64,000 nucleotides of DNA. It comes from an uncultured Chloroflexia bacterium (GTDB taxonomy: Bacteria; Chloroflexota; Limnocylindria; QHBO01). Numbering within the stretch: the first letter of the stretch is position 1; each line of letters opens with the position of its first letter. The stretch lies in the NCBI GenBank assembly GCA_963770875.1, contig CAVYRE010000006.1, positions 329,619 to 393,618 of the forward strand. The letters are read 5' to 3'. The position numbers were made by a program, and so were the translations under genes. The notes beneath the pieces were generated by a model. That model made no database searches. It saw nothing but the letters and a program-made list of their open reading frames with translations, and was not told where the DNA came from. Positions 31,487-41,874 of the stretch are shown one piece after another.

Positions 31487-34435
31487 CTAGCCGCCCGGCG
31501 AGGCGGAGGGTGCGGGGCCGGGTGAGGTCGATGGCGTGCCGACCAGCTCGCCGAGGCGGTCGATCACCGCCGCGAGGTCGTTGATGCGGGCCTGATAGGT
31601 TCCCAGGTCACCGGCGGCGAGCGCCGTCTGCGCGGCCTGGTAGAGGCGTTGCGCCTCGGCCACCAGGGAGGCCACGTCCCCTGGCAGCTGGCCACCTCCG
31701 CCATCTGGCGGCGGGACGGTCGCCTCCCCGAGCAGCTGCTGGATCCCCTGGGAGAGCGAATCGGCGAAGGCGAGCTTGTTCTGGCTGGCCAGGATCACCC
31801 GCTTGAACTCGGGGAACGAGGACTCGGTGGAGCGCAGGAAGATCGGCTCGACATAGAGGATCGAGTCGCCCATCGGCAGCACCAGCAGGTCACCGCGGAC
31901 CACCTCCGAGCCTGCCCTCGACCAGAGGGTGAACTGGGCGCTGATCGTCGAGTCCTGGTTGATGCGCGCCTGGATCTGCGATGGGCCGAGCGTCGTCGAG
32001 TTGGACGGGAAGCGGAAGCTGGTCCGCTCGCCGTAGTGGCCGGGGTCCATGCGGGCGACGATCCAGCTGATCATGTTCGGCCGAGCCGCGGCGACCATCG
32101 GCTCGATCAGGACGAACTCCGCCTTCGCCTCGCCCGGCAGCTTCATGATCACGTAGTGGGGCACGATGGCGGTGCCGGGCCCCTCGACGCCGGTCTGCTG
32201 GGTCGGGATCGACCAGCGATCGGTGCGGTTGTAGAGCGCCGCGGCCCCCTGGGCCGTCGCATCGAGGTGGTAGAGCAGGTAGGCCTCGTTCTGCGCGGTG
32301 AAGAGGTCCTCGGGGTAGCGCAGATGCGCCACGAGGTCGGCCGGCATCGTGGCGAGCGGCTTGAGCAGGTCGGGGAAGATGCGGGCGTAGGCGTTGATGA
32401 TCGGGTCGGTCGGGTCGCTGATGAAGAAGCGGACCGAACCGTCGTACGCGTCGATGACCACCTTGACGGAATTCCGCACGTAGTTCTGGCCCGGGAAGAC
32501 GTCAGTCAGCGGCTGCGCATCGGGGTATCGATCCGATGTCGTGTAGGCGTCCCAGATCCAGTACAGGCGCCCACTGGCGCTGACCAGGTAGGGGTCCTTG
32601 TCGTACGTGAGGAAGGGCGCCAGCTCGCGCACCCGCTCGCCGATCTCGCGGCGGAAGAGGATCTTCGAGTCGCCGGTCAGCTGGTTGCTGATGAGCAGGT
32701 TCAGGTCGCCGAAGCGCATCGCGAAGAGGAGCCGGCTGAAGAGGTTCCCGACCCCCACCCCGGTGCTCGCCTTCCAGGTCGTCACCGCGGACGTCTGGTC
32801 GTCGATGGGATAGTCGAATTCGCTCGCCTTGGTGTCGACCACGATGTAGGACGACGGCTCCTCGCCGAAGTAGATGCGCGGCTCCCCGACCGGCAGCTTC
32901 GGCTGCTGGTTGATGCCGCTCACCAGGTAGTCGGGCTGTCCCTCCGGCGTCACCGCATTGACCGGCACGGCGGTGATGCCGTAGCCGTGGGTATAGGCCA
33001 GCTTCTCGTTGGTCCACGACTGCGCATCGGCAGGCGGGCCCTTGATCTCCCGCGCGCTGAGCATGATCTGGCGCTGCTGCCCGTCGATCAGGTACCGGTC
33101 GATGTCCACGTCGGTGAACTCGTAGTACTGGCGCAGGATCTGCTGCTGCCCAAAGGTCTGGAGCAGGGCGTGGTAGTCCCACAGCCGCATGTTGTCGATC
33201 GTCGCCTGGTTGGCGGTGATGAGCGGCCGGCTGAGCGCCTGCTCCCCGGTATACGGCTTCACGTCGATCGCATCGAGCGCATAGGCCGCCCGCGTCATCT
33301 TGATGTGCTGCTGGATGTACGGCCGCTCCAGCGCCAGCTCGTTCGGATCCACGTTGAGCCGCTGCACGATGCTGGGGTAGAGCCCGCCGACCAGGATCGT
33401 GATCCCGATCCACGCCCCGGCCGCGAGCAGGATCGCCCAGAGCGTCTTGAACCAGATGTTGGCCAGCAGGAGCGCCGCAGCGGCGAGCGCCACCACGGTG
33501 AGGATCACGTACGCCGGCATCTGGGCATGGAGGTCGGTGTAGGTGGCCGCCTGGATCGTCCCGCTCACGCCGCGCGTCGAGTACGACAGCTCGGCGATGT
33601 CGAACTGGTAGCCGGTCGCGATCGCCACCAGCAGGAGCGCCCCGAGGGTCGAGAGGTGCGCCCGCACCGGCGCGGTGAGGCGCAGCTGCCAGCGCAGCGC
33701 ACCCACCGCATAGGTCCCGAGCGTCAGCAGGATGATCACCACCAGCGAGGTGACGCCCCAGCCCTGGAGGAAGCGCCAGAAGGGCAGGTCGAAGACGTAG
33801 AACCCGATGTCGTGGCCGAAGTGCGGGTCGGTGGCGCCGAAGCTGCCGCCGTTCATGAACAGCAGCACCGTCTGCCAGCTCCCGCTCCAGGCGGCGCCCG
33901 AGACGAGCCCCAGCAGCACCACGACCGCGGCCAGCCCCAGCGTGACCACGCGGCTGACGTCGGGGAGCTCCAGGGTCCCCACGCGCCGAATCGGCACCTG
34001 CGGAGCGATCCGGCGGGCGAGCCAGATGCTCGCCAGGGCCGGCAGCACGAAGGCCACGAAGCCCAGCGCGAACAGCCCGACCTGGGACCAGAGCCGCGTG
34101 GTGAGGACGCTGCGGAGGCCCAGCGAGTCGTACCACAGCAGGTCGGTGACCAGGCTGACGAGGCCGCCGAGCACGCCGAAGAGGAGGAACACGACGACGA
34201 GGACGCCGATGATCAGTCCCCAGCGCGGCTGACGGCCGGGACCTCCTGGACGGACGACCGTGGGCCGGCGGAACGGGGGTGGCTCGTCGTCGCCAGGCCC
34301 GTTCGCGTGGCCGTTGCCGTTTCCCGGCCGTTGGCCGGACGGTCGTGGACGGCCCTCTCGCAGGGCGTCCTGCTCAGCCTGGCGGCGCTGCAGCTCCTCG
34401 AGGAGCTTGTCAAACCAGCTGGACATCGCCGCCAA
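31487..34435 (-). CDS. UPF0182-family large membrane protein
   Basis: 982 aa. About 7 N-terminal transmembrane segments, then a large extracytoplasmic domain. The frame is intact. Confidence 0.8.
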   Translation of the reverse strand: MAAMSSWFDKLLEELQRRQAEQDALREGRPRPSGQRPGNGNGHANGPGDDEPPPFRRPTVVRPGGPGRQPRWGLIIGVLVVVFLLFGVLGGLVSLVTDLLWYDSLGLRSVLTTRLWSQVGLFALGFVAFVLPALASIWLARRIAPQVPIRRVGTLELPDVSRVVTLGLAAVVVLLGLVSGAAWSGSWQTVLLFMNGGSFGATDPHFGHDIGFYVFDLPFWRFLQGWGVTSLVVIILLTLGTYAVGALRWQLRLTAPVRAHLSTLGALLLVAIATGYQFDIAELSYSTRGVSGTIQAATYTDLHAQMPAYVILTVVALAAAALLLANIWFKTLWAILLAAGAWIGITILVGGLYPSIVQRLNVDPNELALERPYIQQHIKMTRAAYALDAIDVKPYTGEQALSRPLITANQATIDNMRLWDYHALLQTFGQQQILRQYYEFTDVDIDRYLIDGQQRQIMLSAREIKGPPADAQSWTNEKLAYTHGYGITAVPVNAVTPEGQPDYLVSGINQQPKLPVGEPRIYFGEEPSSYIVVDTKASEFDYPIDDQTSAVTTWKASTGVGVGNLFSRLLFAMRFGDLNLLISNQLTGDSKILFRREIGERVRELAPFLTYDKDPYLVSASGRLYWIWDAYTTSDRYPDAQPLTDVFPGQNYVRNSVKVVIDAYDGSVRFFISDPTDPIINAYARIFPDLLKPLATMPADLVAHLRYPEDLFTAQNEAYLLYHLDATAQGAAALYNRTDRWSIPTQQTGVEGPGTAIVPHYVIMKLPGEAKAEFVLIEPMVAAARPNMISWIVARMDPGHYGERTSFRFPSNSTTLGPSQIQARINQDSTISAQFTLWSRAGSEVVRGDLLVLPMGDSILYVEPIFLRSTESSFPEFKRVILASQNKLAFADSLSQGIQQLLGEATVPPPDGGGGQLPGDVASLVAEAQRLYQAAQTALAAGDLGTYQARINDLAAVIDRLGELVGTPSTSPGPAPSASPGG

Positions 34436-34451
34436 TCCTAGCCGGGATCGG

Positions 34452-36185
34452 CTACTCCCACTCGATGGTGGCCGGCGGCTTGCTGCTGATGTCGTAGACG
34501 ACCCGGTTGACGCCCGCCACCTCGTTCACGATGCGCGAGCTGATCCTGGCCAGCAGCTCGTACGGAAGGCGCGCCCAGTCCGCCGTCATGCCGTCGTCGC
34601 TGGTCACCGCGCGAATGGCGACCACGTTGGCGTAGGTGCGGAAGTCGCCCATCACGCCCACGCTGCGGACGGGCGTCAGGATCGCGAAGGACTGCCACAG
34701 GGACCGATACAGCCCGGCCGCCTTGATCTCGTCGATCACGATCCAGTCCGCCTCGCGCAGGGTCTCGAGCCGATCCGCCGTGACCGCCCCGATGATCCGG
34801 ATCGCGAGCCCGGGCCCCGGGAACGGCTGGCGCAGCACCATCGCGTCGGGGAGGCCCAGCTCCATGCCGACGTTGCGCACCTCGTCCTTGAACAGGTAGC
34901 GGAGCGGCTCGATCAGGCTGAAACGCAGGTCGGCTGGCAGCCCGCCGACGTTGTGATGGGTCTTGATCTTGGCCGCCGCCTTCGTCTCGGCGGTCTTCGA
35001 CTCGATCACGTCGGGGTAGAGGGTCCCCTGCGTCAGGAAGTCGATCTGCCCCAGCTTCGTCGCCTCCTCCTCGAAGACGCGAATGAACTCATCGCCGATG
35101 ATGCGGCGCTTCTCCTCGGGGTCCTCGACGCCCTCGAGGCGGCGGAGGAATCGGTCGCGGGCGTCGACCATGATCAGCTTCATCCCGAAGTGCTCGGCGA
35201 AGGTCGCGCGGAGCAGCTCCGACTCGCGCTTGCGCATCAGCCCGTGATCGACGTAGATGCAGGTCAGCTGGTCGCCGATGGCCCGATGGACGAGGGTCGC
35301 CGCCACGGCCGAGTCGACCCCACCGGAGAGGGCGCAGATCACCTTCCCGTCGCCGACCCGGGCTCGAATCTCGGCGACCGTCGTCTCGACGAAGCCGGCC
35401 GAGGTCCAGGTGGGGCGCGCGCCGGCGATGCCGATCACGAAGTTGCGCAGGATCTCGCGGCCGGCGGGGGTGTGCACCACCTCGGGGTGGAACTGGATGC
35501 CGTACAGGCCGCGGGCGGGATCCGCGAGGCCGGCGAACGTGCTCGTCTCCGTCTGCGCGGTGGTGACGAAGCCGGTCGGCGGGCGGACGATCCGATCGCC
35601 GTGGCTCATCCAGACCGGCTGCGTCGGCTCCAGGCCGCGGAAGAGGCCGTCGCCACTGATGATCTGCACCGAGGCCGGGCCGTACTCGCGCTTCGCGCTC
35701 GGCGCCACCTCGCCCCCGAGCTGCTGCGCCATGAGCTGCACGCCATAGCAGATGCCGAGCACCGGGACGCCACCCGACCAGATCGCCGGGTCGAGGTACG
35801 GCGCGTCGGCGTCGTAAACCGACGAAGGCCCGCCGGACAGGATGATCGCCTTCGGCCGCCGCCTGGCGATCTCCGCCCACGGCGTGTCGTGCGGGAGGAG
35901 CTCCGAATAGACGTTCAGCTCCCGCACGCGACGCGCGATCAGCTGCGCGAACTGGCTCCCGAAGTCCAGGATGACGACCGTATCGGGCTCAGCCGGCGCC
36001 TCCGCGTCGCGCTGCGGGGGCGGCGCGTGGAGCGCCTGTTCGAGATACGCCTCGACTTCGGCGTCGTCCGGGGCGAGGACCCGATGGCCGGCGTTGGCGG
36101 CCTCGCCATGGACTGTTCGGCCGCGCTCGCGCTCCGGCGGCGCGGCCGGCTCGGAACCCGGAGTCGCCTCGGTCGTCTCGTCCAA
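34452..36185 (-). CDS. guaA: GMP synthase (glutamine-hydrolysing)
   Basis: 577 aa. GATase GICYGVQ motif. ATP-PPase SGGVDSAV motif. Confidence 0.9.
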   Translation of the reverse strand: MDETTEATPGSEPAAPPERERGRTVHGEAANAGHRVLAPDDAEVEAYLEQALHAPPPQRDAEAPAEPDTVVILDFGSQFAQLIARRVRELNVYSELLPHDTPWAEIARRRPKAIILSGGPSSVYDADAPYLDPAIWSGGVPVLGICYGVQLMAQQLGGEVAPSAKREYGPASVQIISGDGLFRGLEPTQPVWMSHGDRIVRPPTGFVTTAQTETSTFAGLADPARGLYGIQFHPEVVHTPAGREILRNFVIGIAGARPTWTSAGFVETTVAEIRARVGDGKVICALSGGVDSAVAATLVHRAIGDQLTCIYVDHGLMRKRESELLRATFAEHFGMKLIMVDARDRFLRRLEGVEDPEEKRRIIGDEFIRVFEEEATKLGQIDFLTQGTLYPDVIESKTAETKAAAKIKTHHNVGGLPADLRFSLIEPLRYLFKDEVRNVGMELGLPDAMVLRQPFPGPGLAIRIIGAVTADRLETLREADWIVIDEIKAAGLYRSLWQSFAILTPVRSVGVMGDFRTYANVVAIRAVTSDDGMTADWARLPYELLARISSRIVNEVAGVNRVVYDISSKPPATIEWE

Positions 36186-36190
36186 TCGGT

Positions 36191-37423
36191 CTATCGATCA
36201 GCTCCATCGGCCCGCTGCCAGGACTTGCCCTCGGTCGCGATCGACGGCGCGATCACCATCTCGACCTGGTGCATCTCCCGGATGGTGCGCGCCCCGAGCG
36301 CGGCCATCGACTGACGCAGGGCGCCGACCAGGTTCTGGGTGCCGTGGGTGGTGTGCGCCGGCCCGAAGAGGATCTGCTCGAGCGGCAGCTGGGCGCCGAC
36401 CTTGATGCGGGTCCCGCGCGGCAGCGTCGGCGAGGGCGCGGCCATCCCCCAGTTGACGCCGCGTCCCGGGGCCTCGAGCGCGGCGGCGAAGGGTGAGCCG
36501 AGCATCACCGCATCCGCTCCGCTGGCAATCGCCTTGGCGATGTCGCCGCCGGTCTTCATGCCGCCGTCGGTGATGACAGGCACGTACCGGCCCGTCTCGC
36601 GCTCGTAGCGGTCGCGAGCGGCGGCCACCTCGAGCGTCGCGCTCACCTGCGGAACGCCGATCCCGAGCACCTCGCGCGTCGTGCAGGCGGCGCCGGGGCC
36701 GACGCCCACGAGGACGGCGGCGGCACCCTGGTGCATCAGCTGGTAGGCGGCCTCGCCGCTCACCGTGTTGCCGACCAGGACCGGCATCTTCAGGGCACCG
36801 GTCAGGTCGGAGAGGGAGAGGACCCGGCCGCCGGTCGAGATGTGGCGCGCGCTCGAGACCTGCGACTGGACCAGGAAGAGCTCCGCGCCGGCATCGGCCG
36901 CGACCTCGGCGTGATGCCAGGCGGAGGCCGGCGTGGTCGCGACCGCGGCGATCCCGCCCTGGGCCCGGATGCGGGTGATCAGCGCGGAGATCAGCTCGTC
37001 GCGGACCGGCGCGGCGTAGGCCGCTGCGAGCAGCTCCGCCGCCTCCTGGTTGCTCGCCGCGGCGACGACCCGCTCGATGATCGGCGCGGCGTCCTCGTAG
37101 CGGGTGTAGAGGCCCTCGAGGTTCACGAAGGCGAGACCACCATGGCGGCTCATGCGCGCCGCGAAGTCGGCGTCCGCGACGGCGTCCATGGCGGCGGCGA
37201 TGAAGGGGATCTCGAGCCGGCGTCCACCGATCTCGGTGGTCAGGTCGATCTCAGCCGGGTCGACCGTGGTCGCCCCCGGGACCAGCGCCACCTCCTCGAA
37301 GCCGTAGGCGCGCCGCAGGCGGGTCGAGATGGCGTCAGGGGCGAGAGTCGACGGGTCGATCAACGACGGCCTCCGCTCAGGTGTCGGGCGAGTATAGGCG
37401 GGCGCGGTCACGGGATCCGCCAC
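36191..37423 (-). CDS. IMP dehydrogenase-family protein without CBS domains (GuaB3-like)
   Basis: 410 aa. IMPDH barrel ([47 protein letters not shown]). Confidence 0.75.
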   Translation of the reverse strand: MADPVTAPAYTRPTPERRPSLIDPSTLAPDAISTRLRRAYGFEEVALVPGATTVDPAEIDLTTEIGGRRLEIPFIAAAMDAVADADFAARMSRHGGLAFVNLEGLYTRYEDAAPIIERVVAAASNQEAAELLAAAYAAPVRDELISALITRIRAQGGIAAVATTPASAWHHAEVAADAGAELFLVQSQVSSARHISTGGRVLSLSDLTGALKMPVLVGNTVSGEAAYQLMHQGAAAVLVGVGPGAACTTREVLGIGVPQVSATLEVAAARDRYERETGRYVPVITDGGMKTGGDIAKAIASGADAVMLGSPFAAALEAPGRGVNWGMAAPSPTLPRGTRIKVGAQLPLEQILFGPAHTTHGTQNLVGALRQSMAALGARTIREMHQVEMVIAPSIATEGKSWQRADGADR

Positions 37424-37968
37424 TGGATGGCATCCAGGAAGCCGAGGAAGGCGGAGCGGGTCGAGTCACTCGGGTCGCGCGCGCAGGTGAGGAGGACGTC
37501 GATCCGTTGCGGGGTGACGGTCACGTAGTAGGCAGATTGCTCGGTCGAGCCAGTCCCATCGCACCGGTTGATGGTCGGGACGCGGACCCCCTGGCGATTC
37601 CCGATCGCGATGAGCCTGGCTGCCGGAAGGTCACACGATGGTCCGGCACAGGAGCTGGCGAGCCAGGTGACCAACATCCCGCCCGGTCGGAGGCCACCAT
37701 CGAGCGGCGATTCGCAGACGATGATCGAGCCGGTGGTCGGGCAGTCCTGGTGGAGCGGCTGGTTGGCGAGGTACGTTCGAATCTGGCCACCGCCGCCGTA
37801 GGAGAACGCGGTCGACGCCTGAATCTGCCAGCCGGTTGGCGCCACGAAACGAACTTCGTCGTCCTCGAAGCTGGCCCCGCGGGGGACGGGATGCTGGATC
37901 GTCGACGCGCAGGACGCGAGCACCGCCGCGGCGACCAGCATCACCATCGCCTGTCGCCCACCCCTCAT
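37408..37968 (-). CDS. Putative lipoprotein, unknown function
   Basis: Lipobox AAVLASCAS. 186 aa, Cys-containing. No recognisable domain. Confidence 0.45.
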   Translation of the reverse strand: MRGGRQAMVMLVAAAVLASCASTIQHPVPRGASFEDDEVRFVAPTGWQIQASTAFSYGGGGQIRTYLANQPLHQDCPTTGSIIVCESPLDGGLRPGGMLVTWLASSCAGPSCDLPAARLIAIGNRQGVRVPTINRCDGTGSTEQSAYYVTVTPQRIDVLLTCARDPSDSTRSAFLGFLDAIQWRIP

Positions 37969-37977
37969 GGCGCGGGG

Positions 37978-39300
37978 TCAGCTCGATCCGCGGACGATCA
38001 TCTGCGCGCGCTCCGGCCCCACCGAGACGAGCCCGATCGGCACGCCGGCCAGCTCCTCGAGCCGCTCGACGTAGGCGCGCGCCGCCGCCGGCAGCTGCTC
38101 GAAGGCACGGCAGCCGGTCGTATCGGCCTGCCAGCCGGGAAGGTCCTGGTAGACCGGCTCCAGCCGCTCGTAGACCGATGTCGAGGCCGGCACCGTCGTC
38201 CACTCGCGACCGTCGCTGGGGTCGCGGTAGGCGACGCAGGCGCGGATCCGCTCGAAGCCGTCGAGCACGTCGAGCTTGGTCAGGGCGATGCTCGAGTAGC
38301 CGGCCAGCCGGACGCTGAAACGGACCGCGACGGCGTCGTACCAGCCGCAGCGTCGCGGCCGCCCGGTCGAGGTGCCGTACTCGACGCCCCGCTCGCGGAG
38401 CGCCTCGCCGGATGCGTCGAGCAGCTCGGTCGGGAGCGGCCCCGCCCCGACGGCCGTGGTGTAGGCCTTCGCCACGCCGATCACCCGGTCGATCGCCACG
38501 GCGGGCAGCCCCGCCCCGATCGACGCGCCGCCGGGGATCGGCGACGAGGAGGTCACGTACGGGTAGGTGCCCCAGTCGATGTCGCGCATCGTGCCGAGCT
38601 GGCCTTCGAGGAGGATCCGCTCCCCGGCCACGAGCGCCGCGTCGACCATCGTCTGCCCGTCGACGACGTGCGGCCGCAGCCGCTCGGCGGCGGCCAGGTA
38701 GTCGCCCGCGATCCGCTCCTCGTCGGTCGCCTCGTCGATCGCCGAGCGCATCTCGTCGCCCTCCCCGCCGGCAGCGAAGTAGCCGGCCACGATGCGCCGC
38801 ACGCGCCGCAGGGCGACGGCCAGCTGCGCGCGGAAGGCATCGGGCTCCATCAGGTCGATGACGCGGATCCCGCGCCTCGCCACCTTGTCGACGTAGGCGG
38901 GCCCGATCCCGCGGCTGGTCGTCCCGATCCGGGCGCTGCCGCGCTCGCGCTCCTCGAGCTGGTCGAGGAGGATGTGGTACGGCATCACCAGGTGGGCGCG
39001 ATCGCTGATGAACAGGTTCGCGCCGTCGAAGCCCGCCGCCGCCAGTCCATCCAGCTCGGTGACCAGGGCCGGCGGGTTGATCACCACGCCGTTGCCGAGC
39101 AGGTTGCGCGTCGCCGGATAGAAGATGCCCGAGGGGATCAGGTGCAGCTTGAAGTGCCCGTGCGGGTTGACGACCGTGTGGCCGGCGTTGTTGCCGCCGC
39201 CGTAGCGGATCACCAGGTCGGCGTCGGTGGCCAGGTAGTCGACGACCCTGCCCTTCCCCTCGTCGCCCCACTGGGCGCCGACGACGGCGATGACGGACAT
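37978..39300 (-). CDS. purA: Adenylosuccinate synthetase
   Basis: 440 aa. GAQWGDEGKGR and GIGPAY motifs. Confidence 0.9.
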   Translation of the reverse strand: MSVIAVVGAQWGDEGKGRVVDYLATDADLVIRYGGGNNAGHTVVNPHGHFKLHLIPSGIFYPATRNLLGNGVVINPPALVTELDGLAAAGFDGANLFISDRAHLVMPYHILLDQLEERERGSARIGTTSRGIGPAYVDKVARRGIRVIDLMEPDAFRAQLAVALRRVRRIVAGYFAAGGEGDEMRSAIDEATDEERIAGDYLAAAERLRPHVVDGQTMVDAALVAGERILLEGQLGTMRDIDWGTYPYVTSSSPIPGGASIGAGLPAVAIDRVIGVAKAYTTAVGAGPLPTELLDASGEALRERGVEYGTSTGRPRRCGWYDAVAVRFSVRLAGYSSIALTKLDVLDGFERIRACVAYRDPSDGREWTTVPASTSVYERLEPVYQDLPGWQADTTGCRAFEQLPAAARAYVERLEELAGVPIGLVSVGPERAQMIVRGSS

Positions 39301-39330
39301 GGGCTGCCGGTGACCTCAGCTGCGGGAGGG

Positions 39331-39371
39331 TCGCAGAATACGCGAACGCCGCCTGGGCGGGCGGCGTTCGC
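39331..39371 (-). terminator. Intrinsic-terminator-like hairpin after the zinc-ribbon gene and upstream of purA
   Basis: On the minus strand: GCGAACGCCGCC-cgccca-GGCGGCGTTCGC, a 12-bp perfect stem, followed by GUAUUCU. Confidence 0.45.
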
Positions 39372-39400
39372 ATCGGGATGGACCGTCGAGAGGCGGACCG

Positions 39401-39709
39401 TCAGGTCCGCATGGCGCGCACCTTGTCGAAGCAGCTGCTGCAGTAGACGGGGCGGTCGTTGCGCGGCAGGAAGGGCACGAGCGCCTGCCCGCCGCACTCG
39501 GCGCAGACGGCGGCGTGCATCTCACGCTGGCCGGAGCCGCCGCCCGAGCTGATTCCGAGCGCTCGGTTCTGCTTTGCCACTGCCCGGCAGCTCGGGCAGC
39601 GCTGCGGCTCGTTGACGAGCCCCTTCTCGGCGTAGAACTGCTGCTCGCCGGCAGAGAAGACGAAGTCCATCCCGCAGTCGCGGCAGCTGATGGTCTTGTC
39701 CGCGTACAC
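39401..39709 (-). CDS. Small zinc-ribbon protein with two CxxC…CxxC clusters
   Basis: GTG start preceded by GGAGGG. ISCRDCGMDFVFSAGEQQFYAEKGLVNEPQRCPSCR, plus a second CAECG…CSSC cluster. Confidence 0.6.
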   Translation of the reverse strand: MYADKTISCRDCGMDFVFSAGEQQFYAEKGLVNEPQRCPSCRAVAKQNRALGISSGGGSGQREMHAAVCAECGGQALVPFLPRNDRPVYCSSCFDKVRAMRT

Positions 39710-39876
39710 CAGAGTCCCTCCAACCTCGCTCGCCCGGGCCGATCTGGACGGTGCTGTTCCTCGGGCTCAGGCTGATTCGGCGGCGACGCGCTGGATCGGT
39801 CAGGACTCGGGTTCGAGCAGTGGACCGGACGTTCCGCGGCCGACTATACACACGGGTCAAGACCGTGCCTAGAGGG

Positions 39877-41226
39877 TTAGTAGGTCACCGCTTCGGTCTC
39901 GCGGGGAGCCATCGTGTAGAAGCGGGTGTTGGTCTTGCGGAACTGGAGGCTGATCTCGCCGATCGGTCCGTTGCGATGCTTGGCCACCTTGGCCCGGATC
40001 GTCTCGATGTCGCCCTCCGGCATCCCCTCCGCCTCGCGGTACAGGAAGATCACGACGTCGGCGTCCTGCTCGATGCTCCCCGATTCCCGCAGGTCCGAGA
40101 GGCGTGGCTCGGCCGAGCCACGCTGCTCCACCCCGCGGGAGAGCTGCGAGAGGGCGATCACCGGCACCTTCAGCTCCCTGGAGAGCTGCTTCAGGCCACG
40201 GCTGATCTCGCTCACCTCCTGGACGCGGTTCGGCTCGCGCTGCGAGAGGCTGCCCTGCATCAGCTGCAGGTAGTCGACGATCAGCAGGTCGAGGCCGTGC
40301 TGCTCCGCCTCGAGGCGGCGGGCCTTGGTCCGCAGCTCGAGCACGGTGAGCACCGGCGAGTCGTCGATCCACATCGGCGCGGCATGCATCAGGTTCATTA
40401 CCTGGGCGATCTTCGACCAGTCGGTCTCGTCGACGAAGCCGCTCTGCAGGGGGCGCGGGTTGATCCCCGACTCGGCCGAGAGGAGCCGCAGGGCGATCTG
40501 CTCCTTGCTCATCTCGAGCGAGAAGACGGCCACCTTCTTGCCCTCGTGCACTGCGGCGTGCTGGGCGATGTTGAGCGCGAGGCTGGACTTTCCGACGCTC
40601 GGCCGCGCCGCCAGGATGATCAGGTCGGACGGCTGGAAGCCGCCGAGCAGCGCGTCGAGCTGCGAGAGGCCGCTCGGAATGCCGAGCAGCTGTCCGCGGT
40701 GCTCGTGGAGGTACTCGAGCCGGTCGTACGCCTGGCCGAGAAGGGCGGCGAGCGACTCGAAGCCACCAATCGTCCGCCGCTGGCTGATCTCGAAGAGGAT
40801 CCCCTCGGCCCGGTCGATCGCCGCCTCGGCGTCGTTCGCCTCCTCGTACCCAACCGCGGCGATCTTGCCGGCGGCGCCGATCAGGTTGCGGAGCACCGCC
40901 TTGCGCTCGACGATCCGCCCGTAGTGTTCGACGTGCACGGCAGTCGGCACCATGTTCATGAGGCTGGCCAGGTAGGCCGGCCCGCCGATCGGCTCCAGCC
41001 GTTCCCGCCGCGCCAGCTCGTCGCCGAGCGTCACCAGGTCGATCGGCTCGCGCTGGCCGTGCAGGGCGAGCATCGACTCGAAGATGTCGGAGTGCTGCTG
41101 GCGGTAGAAGTCGGGCGGGTGCAGGAAGTCAGCGACCTTGAGGATCGCCTCAGGGTCGATCAGGATCGAGCCGAGCACGCTCTGCTCGGCCTCGACCGCC
41201 TGTGGCGCCAGCTTGTCGATGCTCAT
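39877..41226 (-). CDS. dnaB: Replicative DNA helicase, no intein
   Basis: 449 aa. Walker A ARPSVGKSS. H4 motif SQLSRGVEQR. Confidence 0.95.
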   Translation of the reverse strand: MSIDKLAPQAVEAEQSVLGSILIDPEAILKVADFLHPPDFYRQQHSDIFESMLALHGQREPIDLVTLGDELARRERLEPIGGPAYLASLMNMVPTAVHVEHYGRIVERKAVLRNLIGAAGKIAAVGYEEANDAEAAIDRAEGILFEISQRRTIGGFESLAALLGQAYDRLEYLHEHRGQLLGIPSGLSQLDALLGGFQPSDLIILAARPSVGKSSLALNIAQHAAVHEGKKVAVFSLEMSKEQIALRLLSAESGINPRPLQSGFVDETDWSKIAQVMNLMHAAPMWIDDSPVLTVLELRTKARRLEAEQHGLDLLIVDYLQLMQGSLSQREPNRVQEVSEISRGLKQLSRELKVPVIALSQLSRGVEQRGSAEPRLSDLRESGSIEQDADVVIFLYREAEGMPEGDIETIRAKVAKHRNGPIGEISLQFRKTNTRFYTMAPRETEAVTY

Positions 41227-41306
41227 GGCGGAACCGATGGTGGCGGAGCCAGCGCCCGCTGCCTACCGGCCAGGCCCGCCCATCCTGTCGATATCTGGCT
41301 GCGGTT

Positions 41307-41333
41307 TGTGGACAACCGGATTCCTGTGGATAA
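41307..41333. promoter_or_regulatory. Two DnaA-box-like 9-mers (TGTGGACAA at 41307-41315; TGTGGATAA at 41325-41333) in the dnaB upstream region
   Basis: TGTGGATAA is the reverse complement of the TTATCCACA consensus. TGTGGACAA corresponds to the TTGTCCACA actinobacterial variant. They lie in the 173-bp gap between rplI and dnaB. Confidence 0.35.
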
Positions 41334-41399
41334 GCGAGTCGCCTGGCCGCGCATGCCCCCGAGGATCGGGCCTGGCCGTGACAGCTTGCCTGTCGCGGG

Positions 41400-41843
41400 C
41401 TAGAGCGGCACCACGCTGACGGTCATCTCGGCATCGACGCCCGGGATCAGCTTCACGTCGACCTTGTAGTCGCCGAGGGTCTTGATCGGCTCGCGCAGGT
41501 GGATCGCGTGGCGGTCGACCTCGATCCCCTCCTTGGCGATCAGCTCGGCGATCTGCACGTTGGTGACCGATCCGAAGAGGCGGTTCTTCTCGCCTGCCTT
41601 CACCGCCACCTCGAGCTTCAGCTCGCGCAGCCGCCCGGCCATGGCCTCCGCCTCGCCACGGATCCCCGCCTCGCGCGCGTCGCGCTCGTCCTTGTGCCGC
41701 TCCCAGTTCTTGAGGGCGCCGGCATCGGCGAGGGCCGCGGCGCCGCTCGGGAAGAGGAAGTTGCGGGCGTAGCCGTTCTTGACGTCCTTGACGTCGCCGG
41801 AGTGGCCAAGCCCCTTCACGTCGCGCTTGAGGATCACCTTCAT
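41400..41843 (-). CDS. rplI: 50S ribosomal protein L9
   Basis: ATG at 41843 (MKVILKRDVKGLGHSGDV…). The upstream part of the track ORF is junk. Confidence 0.9.
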   Translation of the reverse strand: MKVILKRDVKGLGHSGDVKDVKNGYARNFLFPSGAAALADAGALKNWERHKDERDAREAGIRGEAEAMAGRLRELKLEVAVKAGEKNRLFGSVTNVQIAELIAKEGIEVDRHAIHLREPIKTLGDYKVDVKLIPGVDAEMTVSVVPL

Positions 41844-41874
41844 GCTGTCAGCCGGTTCCTTTCGTGTCTCGTCT

